From positions 74,588,001-74,652,000 of the forward strand of contig NC_045696.1 of assembly GCF_009834535.1 (NCBI RefSeq): a stretch of 64,000 nucleotides of DNA, in the 5' to 3' direction. Source of the DNA: Camelus ferus. Taxonomy: Eukaryota. Positions 1-13,810 of the stretch are shown here, in pieces. Position 1 is the first letter of the stretch; the number at the start of each line of letters is the position of its first letter. The position numbers and the translations under genes are program-made. The notes under the pieces were generated by a model, which was given only the letters and a program-made list of their open reading frames with translations, was not told the DNA's origin and searched no databases.

Positions 1-1333
1 AAGAAAGAAAGAAAAAAAAAGCACAGGTTTGAAACAGAAACCAGGCAAAAAGACAGCTGTGAATAATAATCACGTTGCCTGGCACTTAGTGATCCAGGGC
101 TCCCGCCCTCGGCTGCCCTCCCCTGTGTCCCCCACCACTAAGAACCCACCCGCTCCCTAGTAAGTAAGACAGTGTAGGTGGTGACTTTGTCAGGTTTCTT
201 GGCCCTGGTTGGTGTTTAAAGCTCTTTTAGAATAATTCCAATTCCAATACATCAAATTCCAAATCTTCAATTTGAGACATATGGTGCCGGTCTCCTATAA
301 GGCAGCTGCCCTCAGAATTTTCATGAAATAAAGAGAGAATGAGATGCTCCAACCAGTATTTTTCCCCCAAAGGAACTGTCCCCCAAAACAATGACTTAAA
401 TAACTGAACAGAGGATTTAATGAGCACTTCCCACCATAAGTCAGGGGCATGTCAATCAAACATTGCTCAGACACCAACACAGCCACCATGTGGACAAAAC
501 ACACAGACACAGAGAAAAGAACAAACCCTACACCCCAGTACAGCCAAACATGTCATTAAGCCCCCAAAGGAATGTTTCCTCTCTTTGGTTAAAAGCAATT
601 AATTCATGGGTATACTCAAAATGACAAAAATAAAGAGAAAAGATTAACATAAATCTTAGTCCTATAATTAAAATTAACTGTGTTTATCAATAAAAGCAAC
701 CACGCCATGCATTATTCAAGGCCTCCTGCTAGGAACCAACAGCACAAGAGAAAAATCTCAATAAATTTGCAAACATTCAACAGGTAAGAAATCTCAATTT
801 ACATCTGTTTCCAAAGAGAGAGTGAAGGTGAATAAACCAGCCAGGAAGCCACTGCTGGTTCTTCTCCCAGTTCCCAGAGGTCTCACACTCTCAAAAAACA
901 TAGATACCCCTTTTTCTGTAGACAGAAAATGCATTTTGAAGCAAGGTAAATCGTTCCTAAAATGTTGACATTCAACAGAGAAACTTTCAAAGGACCTGGA
1001 AACACTGGGCAAAACTGCCTAACCCAGTATGTCCAACACCCGGCCGATGGGAGTCCCTCTAAACAGCTGGAGTCCGTGTCTGAAACTAGCAACTTCCCTC
1101 CCACTTCCCTCTCTCATCAAAACTTGCCTTTTTTCGAACTTGGGAAAATGTTCCCAACTTTTCTAATATGAAGAATGTTTTAATATCAAAATTTTACCAC
1201 CCCACCCACCAAAATAGGGATTGTATTTAGATCTTATTCTTTGAGAAAGCACTGTTAGAAACGTTACATGAAAACTTGGAAAGCAAGCGAGGTAGCAGAA
1301 GGCCCTTTTGTGTCACCCAAGGACTGTCTAGGG

Positions 1334-1511
1334 TAGGAGCTGGCGTACTGCGATGACCCAGAGGCCAAATCCAGCCCACAGCCTGCTTCCATACTGCCAA
1401 GGAGAAAGGGGGAAAGGGCAGGGACAGAAAGATGAGATGACAAGTGTGTGGCCTGTGAAGCCTGAAAGGTCCACTCTCTGACCCTCCAGGGAAAAAGTCT
1501 GCTGGCCCCTG
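1334..1511 (+). mobile_element. MER58-like hAT-Charlie MITE with 8-bp TSD gtctaggg
   Basis: ggccaaatccagcccacagcctg ... gaaaaagtctgctggcccctg resembles MER58; identical 8-mers at 1326-1333 and 1512-1519. Confidence 0.75.
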
Positions 1512-1643
1512 GTCTAGGGGAATGAACTTAGCTCATCTCACTGCTTACTACTGATTAAAGAAGGGTTCCAAACTTAGTGAAGTTACTTGTTAACGTGTAG
1601 ATTTTTGACCTGTACCAAAAAATTCTGTCCAGTGGAACAGACA

Positions 1644-2065
1644 TGGGCATGCCTCAGAGACACTGCGGGTTCAGTTCTAGACCACCACAATAAAGCAAAT
1701 ATTGAAATCACAGGAATTTTTTGGTTTCCCAGTGTATATAAAAGCTATGTTTACACGATGCTGTAGCCTATTAAGTGTGCAATAGCATTATGTCTATAAA
1801 AGCAATTTATGTACTTTGGTTAAAAAATACCTTATAGCTAAAAAATGCTGACCATCATCTGAGCCTTCAGCAAGTCATGATCTTTTTGCTGGTGGAGGGT
1901 TTGAAATATCGCGAGAATTACCAAAATGTGACACAGAGGCAACAAAGTGAGCAAATGCTGTTGGGGAATGGTGCCAAAAGTCTTGCTTGACGCAGTGTGG
2001 CCACGAGCCTTCAATTTGTAAAAAGTGCACTATGTGTTAAGCACAGCACGGCGAAGGTATGCCCG
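1644..2065 (-). mobile_element. Tigger1-derived non-autonomous TcMar element (Tigger1a-like)
   Basis: Degenerate TIRs (tgggcatgcctc / aaggtatgcccg vs CAGGCATACCTC) and Tigger1 terminal sequence (ttcagttctagaccaccacaataaagc). Confidence 0.75.
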
Positions 2066-3712
2066 TGTAGACTGCCTGCCATCCCAGGGCTACAAGGATC
2101 AAGCCATCAGGCACTAGAGCTGCCCTCTGTAGTTTCCTTGGAACACTGATCTGCTTTTCATAACAGACTAAAGTTTCTTTACCTTTTAAGTAATCTGTAA
2201 CTTTCTGTATTTGCCTTTAAAACCTTTTATTGTCACCCTGGTTGAATGAAATAAGTACTGTGTCACAGTGACCTAGGATCCCATTTGACCACATTTTTTA
2301 AAACCTTTTGATATCTTTGACAAACTTCCCCAAGTCAAATTCTAAATGAAGCTCTCCTGACCTCTAGCAAACTTTGGGATGCTTCAAAGGGCCCTGAAAC
2401 ATCCCAAAGAAAGATATTAAACTAATTAGATTGATTTGGTATGTTAAATTACATGGGAAACATTGTTAAACAGATGGTGATAAACCTTCTTGCATTATAT
2501 TGTATGGGTAAATGTCATTCGTATGGATATTCCAAAAATTATATGGAATCTCTAAAAATCTGGTATGTCCTGGTTACCAGTCATAATTGAATGTTACCAG
2601 TCATAATTCTAGTTACTATCTTAAAATGTTGTACATCTTAGAAATAACCAAGTTTTTTGTCAACTGCATTGTAATGATATCTTTAACTATGTCATTTTAA
2701 AGTCTTCTGTCATTTATAGACAGTCACTGTTTTACTTTGATGCTTTTAGAAAATGAAGACCTTCAAGATCCATAAAAAAGACTTTCTGACAAATACAAGT
2801 TTCTGATGACTTACACATATCACGGAACTACTTTTAGAACGAACCACTGAAGTGGGCAAGAAATTACAAAACCAATGGAAAACCTGATGGCTTCATCCAG
2901 ATCAACAAAAATTAATTACATAGGACTGAATGATGGCTTCATCCAGATCAACAAAAATTAATTACATAGGACTGAATGAACTGATAAATATGATTTATAA
3001 TTTTATGACTTTTTGTATGAAATATTAGTGGCTTTTAATCATTGTTTTCCAGAAACCCTTTCTTCTTATGCTAACTATGACTTACAGCAAATTGATAAGG
3101 TATAACTTTGTGCACAAAGAAACATTTATCTTTCCCTCTCTACCTGGGCCCTCCCGAATCTGGCTTCTCCAGCTGGCTCCCCCTCTGGACTTGATGACTT
3201 ACTGCAATCCAGACTGCAACCAGTTACACTAACCATTGTTTTAATTTGTTCTCTTTGTTGTTTCAGGCTGTCTATACCTTGACTCTCTCTCTGCTGTGCT
3301 ATGACCTTACTAACACCACTCGCTAGATGACTGATCTTCTGCTTTGTAAGACTGTTGTCTCTTGCTTTACCTGATGTGTAACCAGGCCTCTGACAAAATT
3401 AATGGTGTCTACACATCCTGAGGCCATCGATCACATAGAGAGCTCTATACAGAATAACCGTAACAGTGCAACTCTAGATATGGGAAGAAGTAATAAAGGA
3501 AAACACTTCCTGGATCATAATAAGCCAGCAGGAATCAGACGATCCCGAGAACTTCAGGTTGCCAACAGGGTCTAATTCAAAAACAGCACACCGAATGGCC
3601 TATCAACAAAATCCTCGTCTGACCTAGGAATGAGAATTCTTAGTGCTGCAGGACAAACTGGTCACAAAATGCCTCCCCAGTCTTGGTGGAATTTATGACC
3701 AAGAGAGGGCAC
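2066..3712 (+). mobile_element. Deleted ERV1-type (MER4-group-like) provirus: 5' LTR stub plus non-coding internal sequence ending in a polypurine tract
   Basis: 21-bp identity ctacaaggatcaagccatcag at 2090-2110 and 3746-3766; purine tract aagagaggg at 3701-3709 just before the LTR; no ORF. Confidence 0.65.
2885..2976. repeat. Perfect 2 x 46-bp tandem duplication
   Basis: tgatggcttcatccagatcaacaaaaattaattacataggactgaa at 2885-2930 and 2931-2976. Confidence 0.95.
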
Positions 3713-4168
3713 TGCGGGCAGGGAGTGTTGCCGGCCATTTCGGTTCTACAAGGATCAAGCCATCAGCCACTGCAGCCACCCCAGTGGCGTGCCCTGAGGG
3801 GAATTCAGTACAGAGAAAACACAGGAACCATTCTATGCGCTGGATACTAGCCTTAGAGAGTTAGATGCAAATCTGAAGAATGATTTCAGTGAGCGCAGAC
3901 TCTTGCATCTTCCCATACATAGAAAAGCACTCAGAATATTAACTTGTGATGTCTGTTTTTTGTGATTAGCAGTAATCTTTTCATGTTCCACTTTTTTTTT
4001 TTTTTTTTTAAGCAAAAACTCCCATACATTCTGTCTCCTGTCTTACCTCTTCAGAGCAGTCCCTCAGAGCTCTCTAAGAGCCTGTCTTCCAGGCTGTAGT
4101 TCTCAGCAAGGTCCCTGGGTAAAACTTAATTTGCAACTTCTAGGCTGTGTGTTTTTCTTCCGTCAACA
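3713..4168 (+). mobile_element. ERV 3' LTR (TG...CA)
   Basis: Starts tg after the PPT, ends gtcaaca, and shares its 5' end with the stub at 2066-2130. Confidence 0.75.
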
Positions 4169-6189
4169 CCTATAACTTCAAGGAGTTACGATCCTGATAA
4201 GACACTAATTTGATATCTAGATCAGCAATCAAATTATCTTTAAATATCCTAGCTTTTCAGATGCTTTTGAACCTGCATTGACAACTAAGTGGTTCCCTAA
4301 TTAATGACTCAAAGAAAACCTGTGGTACGTGTTGTTTATATGTACCTGACAGTCATGATTTTTTGCCTTTTTGGAAATTACAGTTCAGTAACACATAATG
4401 ACCAAAAGCAACGCTAGACTCAAGAGTGCAGTTAATTTATATTTTATAAGCCTTTAAAGCATCTACAACCACTTGAAAAGCAGCAGCATCTCACGAGGGC
4501 ACGACACACTATTTAGTGAGGCTACAGAGTGCTCAAAATACAGAAACACCAAAAGACTCCTTGAAACCACCACCAAGACCCCAGGGGCCCTGCAGAATTC
4601 CAGGGAGAAACCCATACTGAGTTTTCCAATTGAATCTTCCTAACCTGAATAATCTGTTTCATCACCCATCCCTTACCAACAGAGGGGAACATGTCATCCC
4701 CAATTTACCAACATCTGACTCACAAACACCTTCCACCTGCAAACAATCTCTATCCCCCACAGCCTGGTTTCCCTCAGTCCTGCTCCAAGACAAGACCCAG
4801 GTGCATGGTGTGGGGCAGAGGGTGGATTTGGAGCTTTTAGAGAACCACTGAATTCCCAAAAAGAGAAAAAGGAGGATTTGGGTACATCAATAACAGCTTA
4901 AGGCAGCTGACAACATGGACAGACTCTTTAAAGGTCGACAAATTGCCTCTTCAACCCCAGCCAGCTCAAAATTACCAATCCACCAGGCCTTCTCTTTTTT
5001 ATACTGCCTAAACAACAAAGATCAGACACTTCCCGCCAAGCTTAATAGTTCTCGGTCACCCACACTTCAGTGTAAATTAGTTTACTCCCCAGAGTGGCTT
5101 CCTCTTGACTTCCAGTAGCACCACTGAAATGGATAGATGCTGACGTGGGATGAGAACGAGAGCCCAGATGGACTGAGCGAGTGTGTGTGGCTCTCAAGTG
5201 GACCACTGGGGCTCACTTCCCTGGGCACCACACCTCTGCTTTCCTGAGCCTGTCCTGGCTGCATTCCTTAGGGAGCCCTGCGCCTCGGGAGCCCCACCGT
5301 TATGGAAATGAAACGTCTCTCTACTCCCCTTGCTGAAAAAGCCTCAGCTGCAGCAGATGTCGGCACCATTACAGCAGCATGGCTGAAGGAGCCAGAGCAG
5401 GTTCTGAGTAATCACAGCCTAATCACATTTTAATTACACTAGCAATCAGTGAGTTCTTAAAAAAAAGAAAAATTAAATGCTCATAAAGTGCAACACAGAA
5501 ACAGAAATGATTCTGCAAAGGGTAGAAGCCCAGAGAGGTCAGACTGAAGGCTTCATTGCCCACTTCTTCAAAATTTAAAAAACTCAACAGAAAGTCAAAT
5601 GTAGCCCTTAAAATGGGTAGGACATGACAATAAAATAGAGCCTTCTGGAAAGGACTCCTGCCTCCATTCCCATTCAGAAAATTTCAAGTAAGATGACTCA
5701 ATAGGGGGTAAAGGAGAAAATGCAATCTTTAAAATCAGCCAGACCCAAATTCCAAGGAGGTTCTACCACAAGCAAGTCAATAACCTTGTCAGTTACCGCC
5801 TCTTCCTCTGAATACTTCGTGTAAGGAGGGAAAAGCCGTAGCGGAAAGGCCTGGCACTTAGTGGACACCCATAAAGGACAGCTGTGACTTCACCAAGTGC
5901 TAACAGCACTGACCCTTTTAATCAAAGTAGGTAACATTTAAATAAAAGTCTGATGCAATGACACTACTTCCTCATTCAAAAAGATGGCAATAGTCATTTT
6001 TAATTAACGTATTTCCTAAAGGAAGAGTTTAATACAAGTGCTTCTTTAATCCCTGTCCTTGTAATAGTCACTTTTTTTTTCCAATTCAAACACCTACCTT
6101 GTCATTATTTTCAGCATTAACCTGGTACAGTGATGTTCCAGTGGCCACTAGCCTCTTTCTTAAAGAGTAACCTAACTTTGCTGTTAAGG

Positions 6190-6370
6190 TGGTGGTTCTC
6201 AATTTAAGCTGAATTAGAACCACCTGGAGGGCCTATTAAACCGCAATTGCTAAGCCCGCCCCCAGTGGTCCTAATTCAGAAGGTGTGGGTGAGGCCCAAG
6301 AATGTGCATTTCCAACAAGTCCTCAGGTGATGCAGATTCTGCTGGTCTAGGACCACACTCAACCCAGTGC
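6190..6370 (+). mobile_element. MER5A-like hAT-Charlie element
   Basis: gtggttctcaa...ttagaaccacctggagggc...catttccaacaagtcctcaggtgatgc...ggaccacact. Confidence 0.75.
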
Positions 6371-7989
6371 TTTGAGAGGCTCAACCCTTCTCCTCTCAGC
6401 TCACACATGACAGGGAGGGTACATGACAGACACTCATATGCCCAGAACCTCTGCTGAGAACTGTGGGACAAGATTCCTTCTGCTGGATTTTAACCTGGAA
6501 AGATACAGCAGTAGGAGGCACTGGCAGCCACCTTGTGGCCGTGACGGAGATCCTGGCTGAGACTGGAACCAACCCCAAGGAAGCAGAGCCAAGAGACACA
6601 CCCAGATAAAAGGGTTTGAGTCCCAGAGTCAAGGGCATTCCCGAAGGCAAGTCTTCCTGGGACTTTCCAGGAAAGTCTTGTCTTTTACGATACAAGACAT
6701 CCCTTTTTGCTTAGACAAGTTTGGCTCAGCAATTCAGCTACTTACAAAAGAACCCTGAAAACTGAGCTTGTTGGCTTTACTTGGTTTGTCTCCCTGTCTG
6801 TTTTGGCTCTCCATTTTTCTCCTAGATAGCAAGTGCTTAAACCTTTAAAATGTCTTCATTATCTCCAGGTCAAATGTCCCAACCAATTCATCAATCAAAA
6901 CAAAAGTAAAAAGCAGTAGCTTGGGAATCTTGGGAATGTAAACAACCCACCTACACAGAACACACATTTCCCTCTCCCAGGGTAGAACCTACGACTTTAG
7001 TGTAATTCTAATCAAATACCCACTGAATGGCCAATTACAAGGTCAGGAACTTTTCAAAACTCAGTAGAAACAATTTAGAAAATATAATGGGAAAAAATAT
7101 TACTCATAAGTAACACAGAAAATTAATTCTGAGAAGTAACTAAACCAGAAATGCACGGACATATATAAAGAAAACCATATAGCTTTGCAGGGGCAGGAGA
7201 AGGGGGAAATGAAAAAAAGGAAAAGGGTTACGTTTCTGGCCAGAAAAACTCAATATTGTAAAAATATGAGGTATTCCCAAATTAATATACAATATCTGAA
7301 ACTCTCATACAAATCAATTTTTTTAAAAAAATCTAAAAACCTCAATAAAAATGGGGAAATAGGCCAAAGGCAATGAGGAAGCGATTAACACAAGAAAAAC
7401 AACTAGGCAATAAAGATATGAAAACCACGCAGGGTGCGCAGCCCATGGGACACACTGCCTGGAGGGATGGGACAGGAGCACACGGTGATGCTGTGTTTCC
7501 GGGGGCTAATGGGGGCATCTGTATTAAAACCTCAGCACTATGCAGTTCTGACTCCAAAGCTTCACTTCCAGAAACTTACCCTAGAGAAATAATAAGTGAG
7601 AGCCCAAGAATGTTCATTACAGCATCATTTTTGGTAGAGAAGGGAGGGGAGGAAGGGAGGAGGGAAGAAGTGAAACAACCTTAAGTGCTGAACAAGTACT
7701 TACTACCTGCATAAGGACGGAAAGAGGCATTGGTTGTACTTCTGGGCACTGAATTCATCCTTTTAAGAAATGTATTATTTAAAAATTGTGGCCATCACCT
7801 TCTGAATATGCAAATAACCCTACTATTTAAAACTTTCTGAAATTGTCTTTTATTTAAATAATAACTAGTTGGCCTAAAATTAGATATGTACATATTATGG
7901 TACAATGAAACATCATTCATATATGCTCAATGACCTAGATTTGCAAAATGTACACCCTTAGTTAGGGAAAGAGAGGCTATATAATATAC

Positions 7990-8160
7990 ATAGGTATAGT
8001 ATAAAGCAGACAAGCACCCAGGATACACTGTACAGCACAGGGAAATACAGCCCTTACTTTGTAATAATTATAAATGGAGCATAACCTATAAAACTACTGA
8101 ATCACTATGTTGTACACCTGAAACTATTACAAATCAACTATACTTCACTTTTTAAAAATA
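7990..8160 (+). mobile_element. L1 3' UTR end, laurasiatherian/cetartiodactyl type
   Basis: ctgtacagcacagggaaata...gaatcactatgttgtacacctgaaact...aaatcaactatacttca followed by an A/T tail. Confidence 0.75.
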
Positions 8161-9714
8161 GCACGTATAGAATAGAATGTCATATTTTTATAAATATATT
8201 TATATTCATTTTTATATATTGCAAAGAAAGATCTAAAGAATATACACCAAACATTTAACAGTGGTTATGACTGGGTAGTATGATTGTGAGGGATCTTTAT
8301 CTTCCTCTTTCATATGTCTGTATTTTCTCAAGTTGCTAAAATTATCACATATCCTTTTAATTATAAGAAAAATAACATAAATGTTAATTTTTGTAAAAGG
8401 AAAAAGAAACGTGACTGACATATGGGTTCAGGTGCTAATGCAGCAAAGTATAAGAAATCACCTCTTCCCTTTCCTGTGACTTACGCAATACAGCACAGCA
8501 GTGCACTGCCAGTTCCTCCAGATGGCACTTAGTGGAGGCACTGAAAACACTGTTCCCTTGCCCACCACCACCTAGCATTCATTTAATTCTTCATTCAGCC
8601 ATTCTCTTGCTGATCACCTCCCATGGGCCAGGCACAGTGCTGGAAAGGCTACTTTAAAAATATCTGTTCTTCCAGAAAATCAGATGCAAAATGCATTGAG
8701 TGAGTTAGGGTGGTTTATGCTCTTTGCATAATTAAAATTTTCACCTCCTACTGCCCATAGATTCTGCATATCCTGTGTGATTTCTCATGGTGCTTTCTCC
8801 TTCCCCACCCTCGCCCACAAGCGCTCTAAATTTGGAAGCAACAAGGAGTAAGGCCATAGAGTTTGGCCCAGAGTGCATTTAAATTTAAGAGTGCTTGAAC
8901 ACATCATCATGACATCCTTCTCTACGCTGCAACTCAAAAGCCAGGGACATCTGCAGGTGACGGAGTTCAGTGAGCCTAGGGAGATGATCTGGCTGGTCCA
9001 TGTCATTAATGACCATCTCAGAGGGCAGCTGGCCCCTGCAAGCTCCATCAGAAGACAGGAAACCCTAATGATCAGACTCTCCTTCCCTCTGCAGCCAAAT
9101 ATCTTGGCAGCTTTACAATAGCCCCATCTTGTGGTTGATTTCTTCTGCAGGAACTCACCACCCCTAAGGAAAAGTCCATTACAGAAAATCAGGGAATCAG
9201 AGAACCGATGGACATGTAACACAAAACCATGAATTATTCAGTAACTTGTCCATTACAGCTTTTAATACTTTAGGTGAGTCAGTGATTTCCAAAAATACAA
9301 GACCCGTTAGATGAACATGGAAGTCGGGAGAACTACATCTCATCCTTTTCTTACCTACTCAGGATCGAAAAGAGTTTCAGTGAAGAAATTCCTATCTCAT
9401 ATAAATGAAGTAAGTTTCCTTTCCGCTCTCTGTCTCCACAGTTAGATCAACACACCCCTGTTAGGTCTGTCTAGACCACTAATGAGCAGAGCTGCAGCTA
9501 AATGATTATAGGAACAAATGCTGCTATAGTAAATTTAATTAAATCCAATTATTATTAACTTGGTAATTTCTATGTGCTGGATACCACAAGCTTAATAAAA
9601 GTCATATGGTCTGTGTCCTCCACAAGCTCCCAGGCGCCTGGGAGACACAGGTATGTACGTAACTCATTTTATTGCACGAGGAATGTGACACCTCTGATAA
9701 TAGAACACACTACG

Positions 9715-9870
9715 TTACAGTGGCTCCAGGCACGGGCTCTGGAGGCGGACTGCCTGGGCTGGAACTCGGGTTCCACTCAGCACTAGCAATGTGGCCTCGG
9801 CAAGTTACTTCGCCTTCTCTACCTCAGTTTCTCCATCTGGAGAATGGAGGTAATAACAGGTTGCTGTGAC
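9715..9870 (+). mobile_element. MIR SINE
   Basis: Core ggcaagttacttcgccttctctacctcagtttctccatctggagaatggaggtaataac. Confidence 0.7.
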
Positions 9871-10244
9871 GCTGAAACATGACACACACGGCGGTGCTGT
9901 TGGCCCTGGTGTAACTGCGCCCAGCATGTGCAATACAAAGGGACCGAGGACAAGGGCCTGGGGAAGCCGTCCAGAGAAATGGAATCTGTGGCCAAGTTCT
10001 GAGTAACGGTGAGGACTTCAGTGCGCAGTGACGGGAAAGACAGGTGAGTCCCATCAAAGGAGGAACCTGACCAAAGGCCTGGAGGTAGGGAAGACGGGGT
10101 GGAGGACGTGGCTACAGGACCAGGCCTCCGAGCTGTGGGCACCGGGGGCACAGGAGAAGCAACGCCGAGATGAGCAGGCGGGGATCTGACCGAGGAGGTG
10201 CGGGGCCAGTAGCCTGCAGGCAGGGCCAGCCCAAAAAGCAGGGC

Positions 10245-10440
10245 ATCACAGTGGTGAGGAACACGGGTTCTGAGTCTGACTCTTAGCTCCAGCTCTGAAG
10301 GGCTATGTGACCTTGGGCAAGGTTACCTAATCCTTCTGTGACTCTGTCTTCTCATCTGCAGAAGGGGTGTGGTGGGGACTAAGTAAGCATTTATATGACA
10401 AGTGCCTAGCACAGTGCCTGGCACAGAATGACATACCCAA
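10245..10440 (+). mobile_element. MIR SINE
   Basis: ctatgtgaccttgggcaaggttacctaatcct...agcacagtgcctggcacag. Confidence 0.7.
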
Positions 10441-10871
10441 GTGTCTGCCGTGAGAAGGCACCTCTTCCTGCCACCCCAGCAGCCTTCAGAAAGTGACCAG
10501 GAGTAGGTCTGGGCAACGACAGGGTCAAGGGTGCTTTTCAACTCTTCAAATATATCACCATGAAAATCAATGCTGTCTTTTGGACAAAAACGTCCACAGT
10601 CCAGGATAAAATTCCACCTCCAGGCTAGACGAAGAGCTGGCGCTAAACTGAGGCGCACACACTACCAAGTGACATGACAGTGAGTCTGTCCCAGACTCTC
10701 TGAGTTCACCCTGGCCTCTGCAAAGTGGCCAAATACACCATGTATGAGACGGGACCTGTGCCAACTTCTGAAGGATGGCAAAAGTTTTCACACACGCACG
10801 AGCGGGAGCGGAGGGCAGGAGCCAAATGCATACTCACAGCTGCTCCCGCAATCCCTACGACGAGAACTTAC

Positions 10872-11025
10872 TTCCAGATCCATCCTTGACTCTAGGTCCT
10901 TCAGGCTTGGCCTCAGAAATAATGTTCGCATTGGCATTATTCTCCATCTCGATCACAAAGTCACTGTCCTCCTCAAACTCAGAGTGGCTAAAGATCCAAT
11001 CCAGTGCTCTTTCCAGGTTACTGTT
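10872..11025 (-). CDS. USP13: USP13 exon 19 (154 nt), end of UBA2 [51 protein letters not shown]
   Basis: Acceptor ttttatcag|AAC, donor GAA|gtaagt. Confidence 0.97.
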
Positions 11026-12484
11026 CTGATAAAACAAAAGCACTGTTACAATGTCTGCAGTCCCTGGGCCTCATTCTCTCCTGACCGTTTAAACTAGGCC
11101 TGAATTCATTAGTCCTAAGGGCATCTGAGTAAGCAGCCCTGACCCTGCACGTGAAACGCACTGTCAGTTGACACTGTGCAAGTCTCCCCACCCAGGTCTG
11201 TCGCTGGATTCAGCAGAAAGCAGCTCGGCATTCCAGAGCCCGTTTCAGTCTGAGCTCAGCAGTTCTGCAGGCTGACGCTGATGATGATGGAGGCAGAAAG
11301 CCAAAGAGAATGGCATTTGTTCAAGTGCAGCCCCTTCCAAAGCCACACTAACTGCACACACTATATTCTCTACCAACTGTATTTGCCACAGATAACCCTG
11401 CAGGGTAGAGGGCCAACACGGGCCCTGTGTCAGGGCCTCCTCTCCCTCAGTGCTGGCTGAATGGTCAAACAGCAGTAGAGATAAGATTAATGCCTTGATT
11501 AGTGATGATCACACTGGTTAGCTAAGTGAAATTGTTTTAAACTGAACTCCATGTAGTTCAAATCAACAGACCATGAAAACATTTCCGTCTTCCTCCATTT
11601 GACATATCATTTAGACATAGATTCTCCAAATTAAACAATCAAGCAAGTAAAATAAGTGGGGCATAAGCAAGTATCCTGAGTGCAACTGAATCTGGATGAG
11701 ACATTTCAAGCATTTTAAAGGGAAATAGACAGTCCAACCATACTGCCATGAGCCAGGTGGGAGCTGCTGTGACCTCAGCAAGGGACCCCGGCCAGCACCC
11801 AGCCAGGACAGGCAAGAAAGAATCGGGAGCAGATATCCACTCAAAAATGGATTATGGTGTAAAAAATAAGTATTTTCCCTTGATATTCAACAGTTATCTG
11901 CACTACAAGAGGAAGACTTCTATCTGCCCTCCAGTCTCATGGTCCCTTCTCTCCTGATACCATCAGGGTGTTCATGAATACCTGAAGAATCTTTCCTCTC
12001 TGCAGAGAGAAACAGAAGCAGAGAATTCCAAGAAGCCTTCTCTATGAGGATTTTTCAGAGACCTTGCTCCAAGGTCTTGGTGTCAGAAAAACACGATTTC
12101 TCCTAAAGAACTGCCTTATTGAACACAGAATCTCAAGCATTCTTCTTAGCTCTAAGACCACAAGCGAGCTCCAAGTCAAATCTCTGACCTCCTGCTAATA
12201 AACATTAAGATGATACAGTTTCTTGCACTTTGGTCATCTTGCTCTTACTGTATTATCTCCCCCCCCCTCCTTTTTTTTAAATCTCCTATTCTTAAAATCT
12301 CTGTACGATTCCCTCAATCATTTATTTTAGCAAATAAATCCCTGTGGGGCATGGTGGGGTATAGCGTGAGACAGACATGATTTTAAATGATCAAAGGACA
12401 TTAGAAAGTTTCAGCTGCTACTGACAGAAACACAAACCACCTCCAATAAAAGGAAGGTGTTCCCACACAGTCTCTCATGCTTAC

Positions 12485-12651
12485 CGTTGCTCGTAGTGCC
12501 TGAATAGCCTGATTTCGATGGAATCCCATGGAGGTAATAATAGCTATAATTTCCTCCGGAGGCTGGTTATCCAGTCCAGTAGCACCAAAAACAGAGGCTC
12601 CAGCAGAAGCTGCTCCTCCATAACCAGGCATGGTCAGTGGTTCAGCAAAAT
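12485..12651 (-). CDS. USP13: USP13 exon 18 (167 nt), linker and start of UBA2 (D)[55 protein letters not shown]
   Basis: Acceptor ttccccag|AT, donor ACG|gtaagc. Confidence 0.97.
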
Positions 12652-12729
12652 CTGGGGAAAGCAACACACTCAGACCCTTTTCTGTTCTGGGTCTTGAAAT
12701 AAACAACACTTTAGAGCTAAGAAGAAAAA

Positions 12730-13810
12730 GTACCTAAAGTTATGATAATCAAGACTGTCTGATACTGGCATAAGGATAAACATATAGATTGAGAGACCAA
12801 TCAAATAGAACTGAGAGTTCAGCTAGAAACCCACATCAACTGATTTTCGACAAGAGGTACCAAGAACACTCAATGGGGAAAGGACAGTCTTTTCAACAAA
12901 TGGTGCTGGGACAACCACATATCCACATGCAAAAGAATAAAGTTGTTCCCCTACCTCACACCATATACAAAAATTAACTCTAAACAGATCACTGATCTAA
13001 ATGTAAGAGCTAAAACTACAAAACCCTTAGAAGAAAGCATAAGAGAAAATCTTCATGACCTTGGGTTACACAACGGTTTCTTGGATACAACACCACAAGC
13101 ACAAGTGACAAAGGAATAAACTGAATTTCAACATAATTAAAAACTTTTGTGCTTCAAAGGACACCATCAAGAAAGTGAAAAGACAACCCATACAACGGGA
13201 GAAAATATTTGCAAATCATATATCTGTTAAGGTACTTGTATCCAGAACTCTTAGAACTTAACAAAGACAAATAACCTCATTTTAAAAACGGGCAAAAGAT
13301 TGAATAGACATTTCTCCAAACATACATAAATGGCCAATGAGCATATGAAAAGATGTTCATCACTAGCCATCAGGGAAATGCAAATCAAAACCACAATGAG
13401 ATACCACTTCTCATCCACTGGAATGTGAATAACAAAAACAACAACAAGGCTTGGTGAGGATGTGCAGAAAATGGAACCCTCATACACTGCTACTGGGAAT
13501 GCAAAATGGTACAAACACGGCTGAAAACAATTTGGCAGGTCCTCATAAACACGGAATTATTATATAACACAGCAATTCTACTCAAGAGAAATGAAAACCA
13601 TTATGTCCATACAAAAATTTGTGCACAAAAGGCTTATAGCAGCATTATTCATAACAGCAAAAGAGTGGAAAAACCCAAATGTCCATCAATTGATGAAAAG
13701 ATAAATAAAATATAGTATGCCCACATTTTTCAATGGTCTTTTTGCTACCACATTATACATTTTAAAAGGGTGAATTATATCCCAATTAAGCTATTATTTT
13801 AAAAAAGATA
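12730..13810 (+). mobile_element. Degenerate L1M (L1MB-like) ORF2 3' end and 3' UTR, antisense to USP13
   Basis: L1 ORF2 C-terminal signatures (caactgattttcgacaag, cttttcaacaaatggtgctggg, gaaatgcaaatcaaaaccacaatgagataccac); many stops and frameshifts. Confidence 0.9.

Noticed and set aside
1..10871. USP13 exons 20-21 (YELFAFISHMG...HY, His box) possibly deleted
   Set aside because: Not found here, but intron 19 can simply extend past the window edge; absence is not evidence of loss.
12789..13715. ORFs resembling reverse transcriptase/ORF2
   Set aside because: Fragments of a decayed L1 with stops and frameshifts; same for 56215-56730.
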